Origin: a virus
IMG/VR virus record: IMGVR_UViG_3300037264_001719
Location: 18,332-82,331 of that record
Length of the DNA: 64,000 bases
Direction: 5' to 3' (one strand)
Below the pieces are notes generated by a model. It saw nothing but the letters and a program-made list of their open reading frames with translations. It searched no databases and had not been told where the DNA came from. Below are positions 9,846-19,600 of the stretch, piece after piece. Every line of letters begins with the position of its first letter. Position 1 is the first letter of the stretch. The translations under genes and the position numbers were made by a program.

Positions 9846-10118
9846 ATGGCGGAAGTCAAGAAGCGTCGCGTGGCCGTTCCGGGCCATATGATGCAGTCGA
9901 TCAATCTCGACACCGCAGACAAGCTGGGCCGGAGGGAGAGCCTCGTTCTCGCCCCTCGTGCCCCCGTCGAGATCACGGAGGCGCAGTACCGGAGCCGGGA
10001 GTTCCAGAAGCTCCTTGCCCGAGGATACGTCGTGGACCTCACGGCGGCAGACGAGCGGCGGAAAGAGATCGAGGCACGGCAGGCGGGGGCGAAAGCCTCC
10101 GTGATCCCCGCCCCCTAG
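9846..10118 (+). CDS. small hypothetical protein preceding sheath
   Basis: AAGGAG RBS, 90 aa, typical pre-sheath position. Confidence 0.7.
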   Translation: MAEVKKRRVAVPGHMMQSINLDTADKLGRRESLVLAPRAPVEITEAQYRSREFQKLLARGYVVDLTAADERRKEIEARQAGAKASVIPAP

Positions 10119-10151
10119 TCAGGTAGTGCTCGGGCGAGTGATGCCCCGAGG

Positions 10152-10179
10152 TTGAAGTTCCGGCACGGTGAGGTATGAT
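10152..10179 (+). promoter_or_regulatory. putative promoter for sheath/tube genes
   Basis: TTGAAG-16 bp-TATGAT, preceded by a CTCGGG...CCCGAG hairpin (10129-10150). Confidence 0.4.
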
Positions 10180-10230
10180 ATGGAGGAAAAGCGAATCCCT
10201 CCTAATGAGATGAGCAAGGGGAGTTAAAAA

Positions 10231-12243
10231 ATGGCCCTCGCTGGAATCGAAACTCTACACCCCGACGTTTTCATCATCGAGGAGCGCGGCATTCCGCGCA
10301 TCATCGGCGTCGGAGTCAACACGGGAGGCTTCGTCGGTGCGGCCCAAAAAGGCCCCATCGACCGCGCCGACCTCGTGACGAACACCACGCAGTTCGCGGA
10401 GAAGTACGGTACTTTCTTCCAAGGCTCCTACCTCGAACCGTCCGTTCGTGCCTTCTTCCAGCAGGGCGGGACGAGGTGCTTCATCTCCCGAGTGATCGGG
10501 CTCGGTGCGACCGAGGCGGATTCGGCCCTTGCCAACCACGAAGGGACGCCCGCCATCGACGTGAACGCCATCTCGCCGGGGGCGTGGGGTAACGACCTCA
10601 CGCTCACGACCGAGCGTTGGCGGACCACCATCGCCCCGCCCCCGCCCTCCTCGGGCATTCCTGCCGTGGGCAACGGGTCCATCGACATCCCGGTCTTCTC
10701 CCTCCGCAACGTGAAGATCGGGGACCTCATCCGCATCGTCGATTCGGTCTCACTCAACGAGATCACGGCGTTCATCTACGCAATCAGCGTCGGCCTGCGG
10801 ACCCTTCGCGTCCGGGCCATCGGGGGCCTGCCTTCCGGGTTCACCTTCCCGGTCGGAAGCCTCGTCCATTCCGCGACGGATCACCGCCTCAATACGCTTC
10901 TCGACGAAGACCTCGTGAACGGGGCGATCAGCGTTCTTCTCAAGAGCACGTCCAACCTCGGGATCGGCGCAAGGGTCTACTTCGACAACGGCCTCAATTT
11001 CGCCACGGTGCTCGTTGAGGGCATCGACGGGCGGCGCATCAAGTTCTCCCCCGTCTCGATCACGGCAGCGGCGACGCTCCCCGAGGACACGACCATCGCC
11101 GTGTCGCAGGAGTTCAACCTCAAAGTTTTCGAGAGGGGCAAGTTCAGGGAGGGCTTCGACGGTCTCTCGATGGAGTTCACCAACACCCGGGACTACCTCG
11201 TGACCCGGCTGTCCGGTGAATCCAACGAATCCAAGGTCATCGAGGTCGTGGACCTTCTCGCGCCCGTGCTGGACACTCTTCTCGCCATCCCCCTGCCCGT
11301 CTCGGGGCAGGTCTTCAACGGAGGGACCGAGGGCGCTCCCATCACGGATGCCGACTTCATCGGCTCCGAGGAGGAGCCCAAGAGCGGAATGTTCCTTCTC
11401 GACGAGCAGCCCGAACTCAACTTCTTCTCGATCCCCGGAGTCACGTCGGTCGTGGTGGAGAAGGAGGCGGCGGACTTCGCGGATCGCAAGGGGAACATCA
11501 TCGCGGTGCTCGATGCTCCGTTGGCGGACGACGAACCTCTCGAAGTGCTCAACTTCCGCAACATCGAACTCAACGTGGACACGTCGTTCGCGGCCCTCTA
11601 CTACCCGTGGGTCATCGTCCGCGACCCCTTGCAGGGGGATCAGCGGGTCGCCATGCCCCCGTCCGGTCACGTTCAGGGCAAGTACGCCGAGACGGGGATC
11701 ACCCGGGGCGTCCACTTCGCCCCGGCCAACGTCCCCCTCCGTGGTGTGCTCGATCTGACGCACAACACGTCGGACGGGGAGCACGACCTCCTCAACCCGG
11801 CGGGCGTCAACGTCATCCGTTCCTTCCTCGGGGAAGGCATCCGCATCTTCGGGGCGCGGACCCTCTCCTCCTTCAAGGACGGGCGGCACTACGTCAACGT
11901 CCGGCGACTCCTCAACTTCGTGAAGGAGTCGCTCCGGCGCGGGCTCCGGTTCGCCATCTTCGAGTTGAACGAGCCTCGGACGTGGACGACGATCACGCTG
12001 TCGGTCGAGGAGTTCCTCCGTTCGATGTTCCTCCGGGGGCAGTTGTTCTCCCCGGACGGCGATCCTCGCCGGGCGTTCTTCGTCAAGTGCGACGCGGAAA
12101 CGAACCCGACCAGCGAGATCAGGGAAGGTCGTCTCAACGTCGAAGTCGGAGTCAATCCGCCCTTCCCCGCCGAGTTCATCGTTGTCAGGCTCGGCGTCTT
12201 CGACGGCGGCTCCACCATCGAAGAGGAACTGGCGAGAAGGTAG
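10231..12243 (+). CDS. contractile tail sheath protein
   Basis: HPDVFIIE, GFVGAAQKGP, AFFQQGGTRCFI, AALYYPWV, PPSGHV, APAN, LNPAGVNVIR, GARTL, YVNVRR, FELN, FFVKCD, PAEFIV. Confidence 0.97.
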   Translation: MALAGIETLHPDVFIIEERGIPRIIGVGVNTGGFVGAAQKGPIDRADLVTNTTQFAEKYGTFFQGSYLEPSVRAFFQQGGTRCFISRVIGLGATEADSALANHEGTPAIDVNAISPGAWGNDLTLTTERWRTTIAPPPPSSGIPAVGNGSIDIPVFSLRNVKIGDLIRIVDSVSLNEITAFIYAISVGLRTLRVRAIGGLPSGFTFPVGSLVHSATDHRLNTLLDEDLVNGAISVLLKSTSNLGIGARVYFDNGLNFATVLVEGIDGRRIKFSPVSITAAATLPEDTTIAVSQEFNLKVFERGKFREGFDGLSMEFTNTRDYLVTRLSGESNESKVIEVVDLLAPVLDTLLAIPLPVSGQVFNGGTEGAPITDADFIGSEEEPKSGMFLLDEQPELNFFSIPGVTSVVVEKEAADFADRKGNIIAVLDAPLADDEPLEVLNFRNIELNVDTSFAALYYPWVIVRDPLQGDQRVAMPPSGHVQGKYAETGITRGVHFAPANVPLRGVLDLTHNTSDGEHDLLNPAGVNVIRSFLGEGIRIFGARTLSSFKDGRHYVNVRRLLNFVKESLRRGLRFAIFELNEPRTWTTITLSVEEFLRSMFLRGQLFSPDGDPRRAFFVKCDAETNPTSEIREGRLNVEVGVNPPFPAEFIVVRLGVFDGGSTIEEELARR

Positions 12244-12255
12244 CGGCGAGAAGCG

Positions 12256-12744
12256 ATGCCTGAGACTTATCCTGTCACCAGTTTCCGGTTCGAGGTTATC
12301 GCCCGGGATTTCGAGGCATCTTTCTCGAAGGTCAGCGGTCTCAGGGAAGAGATCGAAGTTGTCGAAATGCGGGACGGGACGGACCCGTTCCAAGTCAGGA
12401 AAATCCCGGGTATGCGAGGGGGCGGCGAGGTTACGTTCTCCAAGGGAATCACTTCTACGTCGGACAAACTTTATAAGTGGTTCCGTCATACGAAGAAACT
12501 CAGCACGGAATTCCGGCGGGATATGATCGTGGATATTCGGGGGTGCGAAGGGTCGAGGGTTTTCGATCCCGAGAAGCACGCTACCTCCCAACGTCCGTCC
12601 TACGAGAACAACCCCGTCGCTAAGACCATCTTGCTTCAGGCTACATGGCCCCGCGCTTTCGAGGTCGGTGATCTCGACGCCCAAGCGTCCGAGGTCGCCC
12701 TGCACACGCTCGGGGTGGTGTTCGAGGACATGATTTTGGTATGA
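12256..12744 (+). CDS. tail tube protein 1 (T4 gp19/Afp1-like)
   Basis: FRFEV, FSKVSGL, RKIPG, TFSKG, WP, LDA, LGVVFE. Confidence 0.9.
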   Translation: MPETYPVTSFRFEVIARDFEASFSKVSGLREEIEVVEMRDGTDPFQVRKIPGMRGGGEVTFSKGITSTSDKLYKWFRHTKKLSTEFRRDMIVDIRGCEGSRVFDPEKHATSQRPSYENNPVAKTILLQATWPRAFEVGDLDAQASEVALHTLGVVFEDMILV

Positions 12745-12769
12745 TGGCGCTTTAGGGAAGGAGTGAACC

Positions 12770-13225
12770 ATGCCCGAAGCACGGGTACTTGATCCCGCCG
12801 TTGCGTTCCGTTTCGAGGTGAACGCTCGGGATGCCAACATGGGTTTCTCGAAGGTCAGCGGTCTCCGCGAGGAGAGCGAGGTCATCGAGTACCGTGAGGG
12901 GACGGATGCGATCCAGCACCGGAAACTTCCGGGTCTGCGGACGTTCCCCAACCTCGTCCTCGAACGGGGCGTCGGCCCGGGATTCGTCCTTGTCCAATGG
13001 AGGGACGACGTGATCCGGTGCCAGAACTTCCGAACCCAAGTGCAGGTGGTCGTCAAGAATTGCGACGGGACGCCCTCCCGCACTTACACCTTCGAGAAGG
13101 CGTGGCCCGTGGCGCTGGAGTTCTCGGACCTCGACGCGGGCGCGTCCGAAGTCCAGATCGAAACGGTCGAACTGGCCCACGAGGGACGTGTCGGCATCTC
13201 CATCGCCACTCCCGGCAACCAATAA
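12770..13225 (+). CDS. tail tube protein 2 (T4 gp19/Afp5-like)
   Basis: FRFEV, FSKVSGL, YREG, KLPG, LERG, AWP, IETVELAHEG. Confidence 0.92.
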   Translation: MPEARVLDPAVAFRFEVNARDANMGFSKVSGLREESEVIEYREGTDAIQHRKLPGLRTFPNLVLERGVGPGFVLVQWRDDVIRCQNFRTQVQVVVKNCDGTPSRTYTFEKAWPVALEFSDLDAGASEVQIETVELAHEGRVGISIATPGNQ

Positions 13226-13283
13226 CGAGTCCGGTGTACGGGCTCTAGGGTGATTTAATGGGCGGTGCCCAAGGAGACAGACC

Positions 13284-14081
13284 ATGCCGGAAGAAACTGT
13301 CGGCGCTTCCGAGGTGAAGGAAGCGCCGGGGAAGATCGTACAACTTCCCTGCGGGATCATCGGGAAAGACGGGAAGATTCAGCGAGAGGCTGAGATCACC
13401 CCCATGCTCGGGCTGACCCGAAAGGCCATCGCCCGAGACGACATCCGAAACAACCCCGCCAAGGTCACGGATGTCATCTTGATCCAATGTCTCAGACGGG
13501 TCGGGGATGTTCGGCCCATCACCAATGCCCTTATCGGCGGGATGCTGGTGGCCGACCGCGACTTCCTCCTCATCGAGATTCGCCGTATTTCGATGAGCGA
13601 CACCATCAACGTCTCCACCCAATGCGGGAAGTGCAACGAGAAAATCGCAATCAAGTTCGGGCTCGACGAAATCCCCATTCGCACGCTCAAGGACGGGGCC
13701 TTCGAGATCAAGGACGGTCGCCGCTGCTTCCGAATCCAGAACGACAACCCCAAGCTGGATGCGGTCTTCCGGTTCCCCGAGGGGAAGGACCAGAGTCTCA
13801 TCATCCCCTATCTCGAAAAGAATCCCGTCGAGGGGAACTACCGAATCTACGCGGCGTGCCTCCTGTCGTGGGACGACAAGCCGGGGCCTTTCTCCCCCAA
13901 CTTCTTCGACGGCGTTCCGGTGAACGTCCTCGATTTGATCGACGAGCATTTCAACGAGAACCAACCCGGTCCCGAGTTCACGCAGACCGTACCTTGCCCG
14001 GTTTGCACCGCAGACATCGACATGACGTTGCAGGGTAGCGATTTTTTGTTCCGACTCCCGAATCGTGGCAAGATGTCCTAA
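13284..14081 (+). CDS. tail assembly chaperone / T4-like baseplate hub assembly protein (short form)
   Basis: LPCG, DRDFLLIEIRR, CGKC and CPVC motifs; immediately upstream of tape measure. Confidence 0.75.
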   Translation: MPEETVGASEVKEAPGKIVQLPCGIIGKDGKIQREAEITPMLGLTRKAIARDDIRNNPAKVTDVILIQCLRRVGDVRPITNALIGGMLVADRDFLLIEIRRISMSDTINVSTQCGKCNEKIAIKFGLDEIPIRTLKDGAFEIKDGRRCFRIQNDNPKLDAVFRFPEGKDQSLIIPYLEKNPVEGNYRIYAACLLSWDDKPGPFSPNFFDGVPVNVLDLIDEHFNENQPGPEFTQTVPCPVCTADIDMTLQGSDFLFRLPNRGKMS

Positions 14082-14227
14082 ATCAGACGTGGTACATCGC
14101 TATGACCACGCAAGGGGGGATCGGCTACCACACGCTCATGGGGATGGACGACAAGGAACGGATGTGGTGGTATCAGAAGTGCGTGGACTATAATGAGGAG
14201 ATGGAAGAGAAGACGAGGACTCGATAG
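14042..14227 (+). CDS. -1 frameshift extension of tail chaperone (gpGT-like)
   Basis: Slippery T TTT TTG at 14042-14048; the -1 frame reads FVPTPESWQDVLNQTWYIAMTTQGGIGYHTLMGMDDKERMWWYQKC...RTR to TAG 14227, which overlaps the tape measure GTG. Confidence 0.75.
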   Translation, partial: FFVPTPESWQDVLNQTWYIAMTTQGGIGYHTLMGMDDKERMWWYQKCVDYNEEMEEKTRTR

Positions 14228-16680
14228 TGGCGAACGCTGGACAGAGACGATTCCTGATTCAGTTCATCGTGGACGCGGACGATGCGGTCCAGAACAGCAC
14301 CCGTCTCTCCAAAGCTCTCAACGGCGTCGGCGCGAAGATGAACGTGGCGGCGGCGAACCTCAAGGGGGCCGTCCCTGCCGTCAACCAAGTCTCCAAGGGG
14401 CTTGGCAAGGGCACCACTAAGCTCAAGGCGACGACGAAGGCTACCGGAGGACTTGCCGAGCAACTCACCACGACGAATAAGAGGGCGATGACCTCGACGC
14501 GGAGGTTCCTCGAACTCATTCGTCTTTCCACCGGACTCGGCTTTGCCTTCCGAGGTCTTGCACGCGGGAACCCGGTTGCCGCCCTCTTGGGCCTCAGCGC
14601 GGCGATGGTTCGCGTCGAGCGCCTCTTCTTCCGAGGGAAAAAGAAAGCGGATGAACTAACTGGGGCGCAGGCGAAACTCGGGAAGGGTGCGAAGAAGCAC
14701 GGGCTGATTTACAACCACACCCTCAAGCCCCTCAAGAAATGGGCCAAGGGGCTCGGGATGGTGAAGTCGCTCAACACCAAGATACTCGCCCCCATGAAGG
14801 CATTCAGGCTCGGGATGTCGAAACAGGGGAGCGCGGTCATGGCCTTCCGGGGAATGCTCGGAGGACGCCTTCACGGGAAGGGTGTCATCAGCGGCGCTTT
14901 GCAGAAGAACATCGGTATGCTCAAGAAGTTCAATGCCGCAGGAGCGCGTGTCGGGAAGGGGTTCCGGGCTATGGGAGCCCCCGCGAGTAAAGTTCTCGGA
15001 GTTTTCGGGAGACTCCTGTTCCCCCTCAGCGGACTCTTCATCAAGGTCGCGCTCATCGCAGCCGTACTCCTGCCGCTTATTGCGATCTTCTCCGGGCTCA
15101 TGTCGGCCCTGAAGCCCGTCATCGCAATCTTCAAGCTGATTGCCAGCGTCCTCAGCGTATTCGGGAAGGTGGTTTTCCTTCCGCTCACTTTGATGTTCAC
15201 CGAGTTGCTCATGGTCGTGGCCGAACTGCTTCAACCGATCATGGAGCTTACCGAATCGCTGATGCCTGTTGCGATGATCTTCGGGAAGCTGCTCGTCGAA
15301 CCGATCAAGCTCCTCGGAAAGCTCCTCATCCCGTTCGCCAAGGAACTCTTCAATGCGATGGGGGGGATGGACGGGCTTGCGTCGGTCCTCGTGGACGTGG
15401 CGGGATTCATGAGGGAATTGTCCGGGGTGATGAGCGAGACCGTCATCATCGTCTTCGACACCCTCCGCGACATGATGCCCGAGATCGTCATGTTCATGAA
15501 AGCCTCGCTCAAGATCATCGGACTCGTCATCAAAGGATTCGCCTACCTCTTCCTTCTCAGCATCAAGCTGTTCGGTTATTGGGTCAAGTACATCGGGGGG
15601 CCTGTCTATAAGGTCATGTACTGGACGCTCGGGAAAGCTCTTGAATTCGTTCTCGACCTTTTCGCAGACATCCAAAGTGGAATCGAAAGCATCGTGTATT
15701 GGAGCATCATCGTGGGGAAGGCACTCTGGAAAGGAATTGTTTGGCCTTTCGAGAAGATCGCGGAAGTGGCGAAGAGTGTCTGGAACTGGCTTTTCGGGTC
15801 CAGTCTCTTTCACATCGCGGAAGGAATCTCCCAAATCCTGTCCCCCATGAGCCTCCTCACCTCGGCTTTCGGCGGCATTCAAAAAATTATTGAGCTTGTG
15901 AGCATTGGCTTCGATGCCTTGAAGTCCGTGGGCGTGGCCGCGTGGGAGGGCATTAAGTCCGTATGGTCGGGGGCCAAGGGAGTTTTCTCGAAGGCTTGGG
16001 GCTGGATTACCGGAGCGAAGGAGAAAGCTGCCGCCCCTAAGACCCTCACCGTCACGCAACAAGCCATGCGGGACAATCTCAGGGGCCTCGACGAGACGAG
16101 GAAGGCGGGCGAGGAGTATCGAAAGAAGATTGCTGGGAAGATTGCCGCAGGGCTTCCGCTGACGGACATGGAGAGAATGGCGGCGAGCAACGCCAAGATG
16201 CTCCCTATTCTCAGCCACCAGAATTCGGAACTTGCCAAGGCGCAGGCGGGAACAGCCGCAGGACTCCCGCTCACCGTCACGCAAAAAGCTATGCGGGACA
16301 ATCTCCGGGGGCTCGGAGAACTGCGTGCGGCGGGGGCGGAATATCGGAAGTCCGTTGCCGCCAAGCAATCCGCCGGAATCCATCTCACCCCGATGGAGAA
16401 AATGGCGGCACACAACGCGACCATCGCTGATCCGACGTTGGCTTCGCGCTCTCTTCAGGCGCGACACGCGCCTGCCCCAAGTCCCGAACCGGGAGCCCGC
16501 CCCGTTCCGCACACGAGCGCCGCCGCCGCGAGCGCCGCCGTGCCCATCAAGATCACCGTGCCCGTTACGGTGCAACTCGATGGGTTTGTGCTGGCGAGAG
16601 CCGTCGCGGAGTACCTGACCGAGATCGGCAGGGATAGATTCCAGAACGAACCTCAGACCCCGATGAGAGGGGTGATTTAG
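14227..16680 (+). CDS. tape measure protein
   Basis: 817 aa, Ala/Gly/Lys-rich helical with hydrophobic segments, periodic Trp, C-terminal VTVQLDG..LARAV. Confidence 0.88.
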   Translation: MANAGQRRFLIQFIVDADDAVQNSTRLSKALNGVGAKMNVAAANLKGAVPAVNQVSKGLGKGTTKLKATTKATGGLAEQLTTTNKRAMTSTRRFLELIRLSTGLGFAFRGLARGNPVAALLGLSAAMVRVERLFFRGKKKADELTGAQAKLGKGAKKHGLIYNHTLKPLKKWAKGLGMVKSLNTKILAPMKAFRLGMSKQGSAVMAFRGMLGGRLHGKGVISGALQKNIGMLKKFNAAGARVGKGFRAMGAPASKVLGVFGRLLFPLSGLFIKVALIAAVLLPLIAIFSGLMSALKPVIAIFKLIASVLSVFGKVVFLPLTLMFTELLMVVAELLQPIMELTESLMPVAMIFGKLLVEPIKLLGKLLIPFAKELFNAMGGMDGLASVLVDVAGFMRELSGVMSETVIIVFDTLRDMMPEIVMFMKASLKIIGLVIKGFAYLFLLSIKLFGYWVKYIGGPVYKVMYWTLGKALEFVLDLFADIQSGIESIVYWSIIVGKALWKGIVWPFEKIAEVAKSVWNWLFGSSLFHIAEGISQILSPMSLLTSAFGGIQKIIELVSIGFDALKSVGVAAWEGIKSVWSGAKGVFSKAWGWITGAKEKAAAPKTLTVTQQAMRDNLRGLDETRKAGEEYRKKIAGKIAAGLPLTDMERMAASNAKMLPILSHQNSELAKAQAGTAAGLPLTVTQKAMRDNLRGLGELRAAGAEYRKSVAAKQSAGIHLTPMEKMAAHNATIADPTLASRSLQARHAPAPSPEPGARPVPHTSAAAASAAVPIKITVPVTVQLDGFVLARAVAEYLTEIGRDRFQNEPQTPMRGVI
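16045..16420 (+). repeat. tandem duplication within tape measure (225 bp period)
   Basis: CTCACCGTCACGCAA...ATGCGGGACAATCTC at 16045 and 16270; LTVTQ(Q/K)AMRDNLRGL...MAA twice. Confidence 0.9.
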
Positions 16681-17289
16681 ATGCCGTTTTGGGCCATCGG
16701 CCCCATTCGGGGGCAGTACCAACCCGAAGACCTGACTGAGACCCAGACAGCCGATTTCGAGAGCCAGCACGTCATCGGCGGGACGTTCATCCTCACCTTC
16801 AAGGAGTGGACTCCCCGAGAGGTGTCGCTCTCGTTTGTGGTTGATGGTGCGGCGAATTTGCTCGTCGATCCCGAGGACGTGTGGCAGAAGATTCTCGACA
16901 TCATGCGCCCCCGGAACGGACTCTTCCCGATCCCGATTCTCGTCAATCTCCCCGGGTGGGGTGGGGCGGGGCGGAACGTCCCGAGGAAGGCGCTCATCAC
17001 CAATGCCTCCATCAACAGGACCCATGTTCAGGGACAAACGGCCAACGATCTCACGCGATTCCGCGCCGCGCCCGAACCGCAGGGGGGCTCAAGACTCACT
17101 CAGGAGCAGGTTGCTGCCGTCGCCAGAGCTTCCGGGCTCTCGCCGGAGGCGCGACGGGAAATAGAGGCGGGCGGAATAGCCGGGGGCGTCGTTACTCCCG
17201 TGCTCGGCGGCGAGTCCCAACCCATCCGGGCTATTCGTGCGACTATCACGGTGCAGTTGAAGGAAGCCACCATTTTCATCCCCGGATAG
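16681..17289 (+). CDS. tail tube initiator / CIS tube-like protein
   Basis: QYQPEDLT, PREVSLSF, PIRAIRATITVQLKE; position after tape measure. Confidence 0.65.
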   Translation: MPFWAIGPIRGQYQPEDLTETQTADFESQHVIGGTFILTFKEWTPREVSLSFVVDGAANLLVDPEDVWQKILDIMRPRNGLFPIPILVNLPGWGGAGRNVPRKALITNASINRTHVQGQTANDLTRFRAAPEPQGGSRLTQEQVAAVARASGLSPEARREIEAGGIAGGVVTPVLGGESQPIRAIRATITVQLKEATIFIPG

Positions 17290-17299
17290 GAGAGAAGTT

Positions 17300-17611
17300 G
17301 TGCCTGTTTTCAAAGGCTCTCGTTACGAAGGTGTCAAGTTTACGGGCATCTTGGGAAAAGACGGGAAGGTTCGGAAGTACCTCCATCCCCGGGAACCTCT
17401 CAAGCTCTCGGACGTTCGGGAGCCCGTCATCATCCACCAGTTCCAGAAGGGGGAGGTCATCGACGAACTGGCTTCCCGTGCGGCGGGGAAGCCCCGTCTC
17501 TGGTGGGTGATCGCGGACGTGAGCGATGTTCTCTTTCCGCTCCAGATCGAACCCGGGACGGAACTCGTGATTCCCAAGCAAGACCTCTTGGAGAGGCCGG
17601 AGATCGGATAG
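17300..17611 (+). CDS. LysM/tail X-like baseplate protein
   Basis: GSRYE, GEVIDELA..AGKPRLWWVIAD, PGTELVIP. Confidence 0.8.
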   Translation: MPVFKGSRYEGVKFTGILGKDGKVRKYLHPREPLKLSDVREPVIIHQFQKGEVIDELASRAAGKPRLWWVIADVSDVLFPLQIEPGTELVIPKQDLLERPEIG

Positions 17612-18898
17612 ATGGGAAGAGGAACACCATGCTTCCCCATTGGGGGGTCGGGACTTGGGAGTATCATTGTCCCGATCATTCCGGGGGTCGGCTTCGTCAA
17701 TAGCCCGCCCATCGCAGGGAGCGAGATTCTCGGGAATTTCTCCCCGCCGTCTCCGGTGTCCCCCAGCGAAATAAATCCTCCGAGGGTGAACCCCAACTTC
17801 AATGTGATGGGGCTTACCCCGGAGAACAACATCGTGAGGGAAATCTACGTCGAGGAGACGGTGGGGTTCGAGCTTCCTCTCGCCCGGATTATCCTCAACA
17901 ACGTGGACAAGACCTTGAAGTCCACCATCATCGCCAAGGAGCAAACCAGCTTCAAGGTCATGCTCGGGTGGAGGAACCCCGGAATCCAGAATCACGGAAC
18001 CTTCATCGTTCAACGTCCCAAGTTCAAGTACATGGATGGGCAAGGGTCGCTCACCGTCGAGATCATCGCTTACGGAGAGGCGGTCAAACTCGGTGCAACC
18101 GAACGTCGAGAGACCTACAAGAAGCAGAAGGACAGCGACATCGCCCGGAAGATCGCCTCTCGGAATGGTTTCGGGGCGGACGTGGAGACCACGGAGCCCG
18201 CCCATGAGCAGGTGATCCAAGCGAACGAGAGCGACTACAAGTTCCTTGCCCGGAGAGCCAAGCTCTACGGGTTCTTCCTCTATGTGGAGGACGGCATCCT
18301 TCACTTCCACCGCCCCCGTCCTCGGGAGAGCGGGATCAAGCTCACGGCTCTTGAGCCGGGGCAGGGGAACCTCACGAATTTCGCGGTCCATTCTCGGACC
18401 TTCATGCGCGGTCTTAGTCTCCGGCTTTCCCAAGTCGATCCGGTCACGAAGGAGGAGTTCGAGGAGCGTTCGAGCGAGGAGCCCGATCCTGTTCAGGGCT
18501 TCTTCGAGCACAAAAACTGGAGGGACCTCGTGACCATCCCCGGGGTTGGACAGCCGGAGAAGTTCATTACGAACGAAGGTCACGAGCAGAATCGCCCCCT
18601 CCTCAAACGGCAGATCGACCGGATGGCCCAATCGACCCGGTACGTCATCTCCGGGCGCGGAACTTCCATCGGGCTCGAAACCCTCCGGGCCAACGACTTC
18701 ATCCGAATCGAGGGGATCGGGCGGTCGAGCGGGAGATATTTTGTCGTCAAAGCGATCCACCAGCTTTCCGGCAAGGATGGACACAGCGTACAATTCGAGG
18801 TGGTTCGGTCGGGGGCAGGGGAGAACTCCGGGCTTGATCCCCGGACACAGGAATTGACGGCAACGAGTCCCGAGAGCGCAGGGACAGTCGCCCTGTAG
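17612..18898 (+). CDS. baseplate hub (P2 gpD / Afp8-like)
   Basis: DSDIARKIA, QANESDYKFLARRA, DGILHF, GIGRSSGRYFV; Pro-rich N-terminal extension. Confidence 0.85.
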   Translation: MGRGTPCFPIGGSGLGSIIVPIIPGVGFVNSPPIAGSEILGNFSPPSPVSPSEINPPRVNPNFNVMGLTPENNIVREIYVEETVGFELPLARIILNNVDKTLKSTIIAKEQTSFKVMLGWRNPGIQNHGTFIVQRPKFKYMDGQGSLTVEIIAYGEAVKLGATERRETYKKQKDSDIARKIASRNGFGADVETTEPAHEQVIQANESDYKFLARRAKLYGFFLYVEDGILHFHRPRPRESGIKLTALEPGQGNLTNFAVHSRTFMRGLSLRLSQVDPVTKEEFEERSSEEPDPVQGFFEHKNWRDLVTIPGVGQPEKFITNEGHEQNRPLLKRQIDRMAQSTRYVISGRGTSIGLETLRANDFIRIEGIGRSSGRYFVVKAIHQLSGKDGHSVQFEVVRSGAGENSGLDPRTQELTATSPESAGTVAL

Positions 18899-18906
18899 GA
18901 GCCTCT

Positions 18907-19194
18907 ATGTGTTGCGGAAAACGAGTCAGAACCAGCGATGAGCCCAAGCTGCCCTCTCGGGGGATCAATGCGCCCATTTTCGGTCGTGCCTCGGTCATTC
19001 CGGCTCCCCCCACTCCAAGGTCTATCAAGCCGCCCACGGTTCCGGTGAAGCCCTCCACGGTCTTCTCCATCAAGGAGATCGACGAGGTTTGCCCCAAGTG
19101 TGCCTGCAAGCTGGCGGTGCAACTGAGGTTCAGCGACCGCTTGCGGAGGTACTACGAGACCAAGTGGTGTCCCAAGTGCAAGGAGGGTCGTTGA
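18907..19194 (+). CDS. small Cys-rich protein (MCCGK, CPKC x2)
   Basis: AGGAG RBS; two CxxC pairs. Confidence 0.65.
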   Translation: MCCGKRVRTSDEPKLPSRGINAPIFGRASVIPAPPTPRSIKPPTVPVKPSTVFSIKEIDEVCPKCACKLAVQLRFSDRLRRYYETKWCPKCKEGR

Positions 19195-19195
19195 C

Positions 19196-19600
19196 GTGCT
19201 GGAGATCGTCGTACTCAAGCTGGCCGTCGCCACTATCGTCGTCGAGGCGGTGACGGAGGTCTTCGTCGATAGCGCCCTCTTCGAGAGCTTCCGCAAATGG
19301 ATCGGAGGCGAGAGGGAAGAAGGTCTCGCCCGCAAGTACGGGCTCAAGGGAGTGCTCGTGTGGTGCGGCTACTGTGTGTCCGTTTCCATCGGGATCGGCA
19401 CGGCCTATCTCCTCTGGATCGACGGGATTCACCATCTCGATCCCCGGCTTGCGCGGCTCGCGCCATTTGAGCCTGCCCTGTGGGGGCTCGTCGTCCATCG
19501 GCTCTCGAACCTGTGGCATGAGACGGTCCTTCGCTACCTCAAGCAGATTCCGTTCTCCCTTTTCCTGCGGGTGTGGAAGCAGGAGGACAAGGACAAGTGA
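19196..19600 (+). CDS. DUF1360-like membrane protein with CxxC
   Basis: Hydrophobic helices, EAVTEV..DS.LFE..R and WCGYCVSV motifs. Confidence 0.65.
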   Translation: MLEIVVLKLAVATIVVEAVTEVFVDSALFESFRKWIGGEREEGLARKYGLKGVLVWCGYCVSVSIGIGTAYLLWIDGIHHLDPRLARLAPFEPALWGLVVHRLSNLWHETVLRYLKQIPFSLFLRVWKQEDKDK

